Part shown: positions 27,401 through 28,373 of the stretch, piece by piece
Numbering within the stretch: the stretch's first letter is position 1
How the letters are laid out: each line of letters begins with the position of its first letter
Virus record (IMG/VR): IMGVR_UViG_3300026260_000023
Span: 1-28,373 of that record
From: a virus
Lineage: Duplodnaviria > Caudoviricetes
DNA length: 28,373 nucleotides
Direction: 5' to 3' (one strand)
Translations under genes and position numbers: made by a program
The notes under the pieces: model-generated
The model's database searches: none
What the model was told of the DNA's origin: nothing
The model's input: the letters and a program-made list of their open reading frames with translations, nothing else

Positions 27401-27523
27401 CTCCTGAGATGTTATACTCTTAGTAGTATAAGCTCCACTATCCCCTGTATTAATAATAACAGGGTCAGTAGTAACTAAGTCGCTGGTAGTGACTAGTTCA
27501 CTAATTTTAATAATGGAAGCCAA
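24473..27523 (-). CDS. Tail fibre / adhesin-like protein with YadA-head-like repeats, 1016 aa, TTG start
   Basis: AGGAG RBS upstream of TTG; N-terminal IKISEL..T.....D..IIN; about 10 (N/S/T)xAIG-type repeats; three V(S/R)VN..G.V.L-type repeats; C-terminal AD..R.....P.PG.GV..EV...GA.T.LITP domain familiar from cyanophage fibres. Confidence 0.87.
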   Translation of the reverse strand: MASIIKISELVTTSDLVTTDPVIINTGDSGAYTTKSITSQEFITKALGWYGNVDGSILMIRSGNWAASPYTLPTDSGTAGQVLTTDGTNSSWQTVDTVPSLWEFDNATDAITPVPPASSFPVNYESNGGSMLPGDQSNGDGKCWSVEPVKFFSMSRDDDWYSNADLTVGGLDGAILSYTPSPAFDGKVQQIDSWEYNGNSKSSIKIFYKKADSSGNLMEGPDLNNTFEVDIDTNGIEIRSIYLTLGTVTYIHPSTTESITAEQLPAYVGPYITAVDNTVLINSPLVVAGIPINSGLYYDKYSYANGGPNYSNISIGKNSGTGLKIYPQPGAVDESLIYGNNATIAIGNRSLHEGGGNSLSIAIGEDALYKCSLGTFNVAIGSSALRSIGDRFSSIASLAFYNTAIGGAALLGCLNGFCETAIGYGAGQNYTGVDDDGSAVSFGGSIYLGYNAGYSTQCGVWNIAIGTDGGTSRVGSNNVMIGRSTLAEGDGNIAIGNYTDCGFYENNDSNIVIGAVGSTCIPGETSSSNILIRGVFPDGWEGDGNLFLGNDNSESRSYPDDWVFPTDGILTNSIMLSNRAYCDPDGNWNFSGDITANGVLLTGGGGVTSVNGQTHVVVLGIQDMDDFALNETTSCGNIYNIFAEVNPTSNLPTIMPGMWGFRGNSMLLWSNVDSNDNVFTRPGGGGNVEMWISGNGSTWIYKNQQIGIGDQVVPGAAFDYISSASLITQIKQEKWTSFYISLCDPAAELVDVPLAVGDALVWDGVADFRPKQFVNSVNTQIGPVSLGIRDMNDVVETSPLDGDVLVYDSAIEAFKYQTSLGVVDRVNGKTGDVVLTVSDVVGALSSIHGGNVNGDVTYEGSTFTNKSLQTKESVVALIAANGGSPNGGATRFEQQKTIPLVPGTLGVTTFELAGSSGTFISVENLNSNPSIVTFYASEDSFNADLIRDPSVQKPTPGDGVLLEVSFDGAKTTLITPAVHYFVVNTNEPLKARVRAKGTGSTPVDIKFTLKGISYEG

Positions 27524-27562
27524 TGGTCAATCTCCTAATTTGGATGTGGGGAATATTGTAGC

Positions 27563-28373
27563 TTAGAGGTTAGCTATACGTGCCTGGAAGTCAGCAAAGT
27601 CAGTAGATGCAGCTACCACTTGTTGAAGGGTAGAAAGACTAATCATAGTAGTCCAAGAAAGTTCCTCACTTCCATCTGTGGTCAGAGACTGACCTGAGTC
27701 TCCATCAGCAGCAGGAAGAGTATATGTGGTACTTTCTGTGAGACCTGCTGGAATAGTTAGTCCAACATAATAACCTCTTTTTGCAGGATCAGAATCAGCC
27801 TGTCTACCACCAGATATAGCCAATGTTGGACGATTAGTTAGTCCTCCTCCTCCAGTTGGATTTCCTTCTACCCAGAGATGACCCTGAGCACCAGATGTCA
27901 AGATAGTTGCACCTTTAGCAGCATCTGCACTAACGAAGAATCCACTTCCACCAGTTGAAACATGCTGAAGGAATCCAAGACCTAAATCTGTTAAGGCAAT
28001 CTTTGATGATGCCCCTACAGGGTTATCTGTACTGGTAAAAACAATTTCATCTAAAGCAGTTATTGTTAATGTACCATTTAGATAGGTGGTATCAGTAAGA
28101 TCATTAAGTTCTAAGGGCTGGGGATTCCATTCCTGGGTGTATGAGTTGTAAGTGAGGACGTCCCCGTCAGCCAATGGAGTAAGAGCGGCACTAAAGAATG
28201 GGAATGACCACTCAACCTCCTCTCCATCAGAGAGTTCACTGATCCAATCGTAGTCACTCAAACTGAACAGAATTCTGTTACTGCCTGCGTTGCCGAAGCT
28301 GTCCGCCGTGCCGTCGTAAACCATGACACCCGCCACCTTGATCTGGACTGGGAGGACGTCGCTACCTTGGATC
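27563..28373 (-). CDS. Tail fibre-like protein, C-terminal part (5'-truncated by the window edge)
   Basis: The frame stays open past the called GTG at 28336 to the edge (IQGSDVLPVQIKVAGVMVY...). It has YTLPAADGDSGQSLTTDG...LSW and the C-terminal ISLSTLQQVVAASTDFADFQARIANL motif typical of cyanophage fibres. Confidence 0.85.
   Translation of the reverse strand, partial: IQGSDVLPVQIKVAGVMVYDGTADSFGNAGSNRILFSLSDYDWISELSDGEEVEWSFPFFSAALTPLADGDVLTYNSYTQEWNPQPLELNDLTDTTYLNGTLTITALDEIVFTSTDNPVGASSKIALTDLGLGFLQHVSTGGSGFFVSADAAKGATILTSGAQGHLWVEGNPTGGGGLTNRPTLAISGGRQADSDPAKRGYYVGLTIPAGLTESTTYTLPAADGDSGQSLTTDGSEELSWTTMISLSTLQQVVAASTDFADFQARIANL

Noticed and set aside
28334-28336. GTG at 28336 as the start of the last gene
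   Set aside because: The frame is open to the window edge and no RBS or promoter is evident; the gene is 5'-truncated.
1-28373. Diversity-generating retroelement or invertible fibre cassette
   Set aside because: No reverse transcriptase or recombinase in the window, and no long near-identical TR/VR pair or long inverted repeats were noticed by eye. A partner outside the window cannot be excluded.

Overview
This window is the late (virion structural) region of a T4-like myovirus, most similar in gene content and motifs to marine or freshwater T4-like cyanophages; the host cannot be determined from this sequence. Almost everything is on the minus strand. In transcription order: the end of a fibre gene cut by the right edge, a 1016-aa fibre with YadA-like repeats, a 317-aa unknown, two small tandem paralogs, baseplate wedge gp8, a 2586-aa VrlC/DUF4815-type structural protein, a cluster of small fibre, adaptor and coiled-coil genes, and a giant (>=2474 aa) repetitive tail-fibre gene. 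That giant gene starts at a TTG (7423) and runs off the left edge, so the ORF track misses it. About ten T4-type late promoter cores (TATAAATA/ATAAATA/CTAAATA) precede the genes. The most unusual spot is 7415-7790. It holds a palindromic two-way late promoter, the only credible plus-strand gene (70 aa, resembling a homing-endonuclease tail module), an 11-bp direct repeat flanking both, and a near-consensus sigma70 promoter pointing antisense into the late genes. The fibre proteins share terminal and internal motifs and show patchy CpG content, consistent with modular domain swapping. I saw no RNA genes, CRISPR array, reverse transcriptase, integrase or intein. All family calls come from motif recognition by eye, not database searches.
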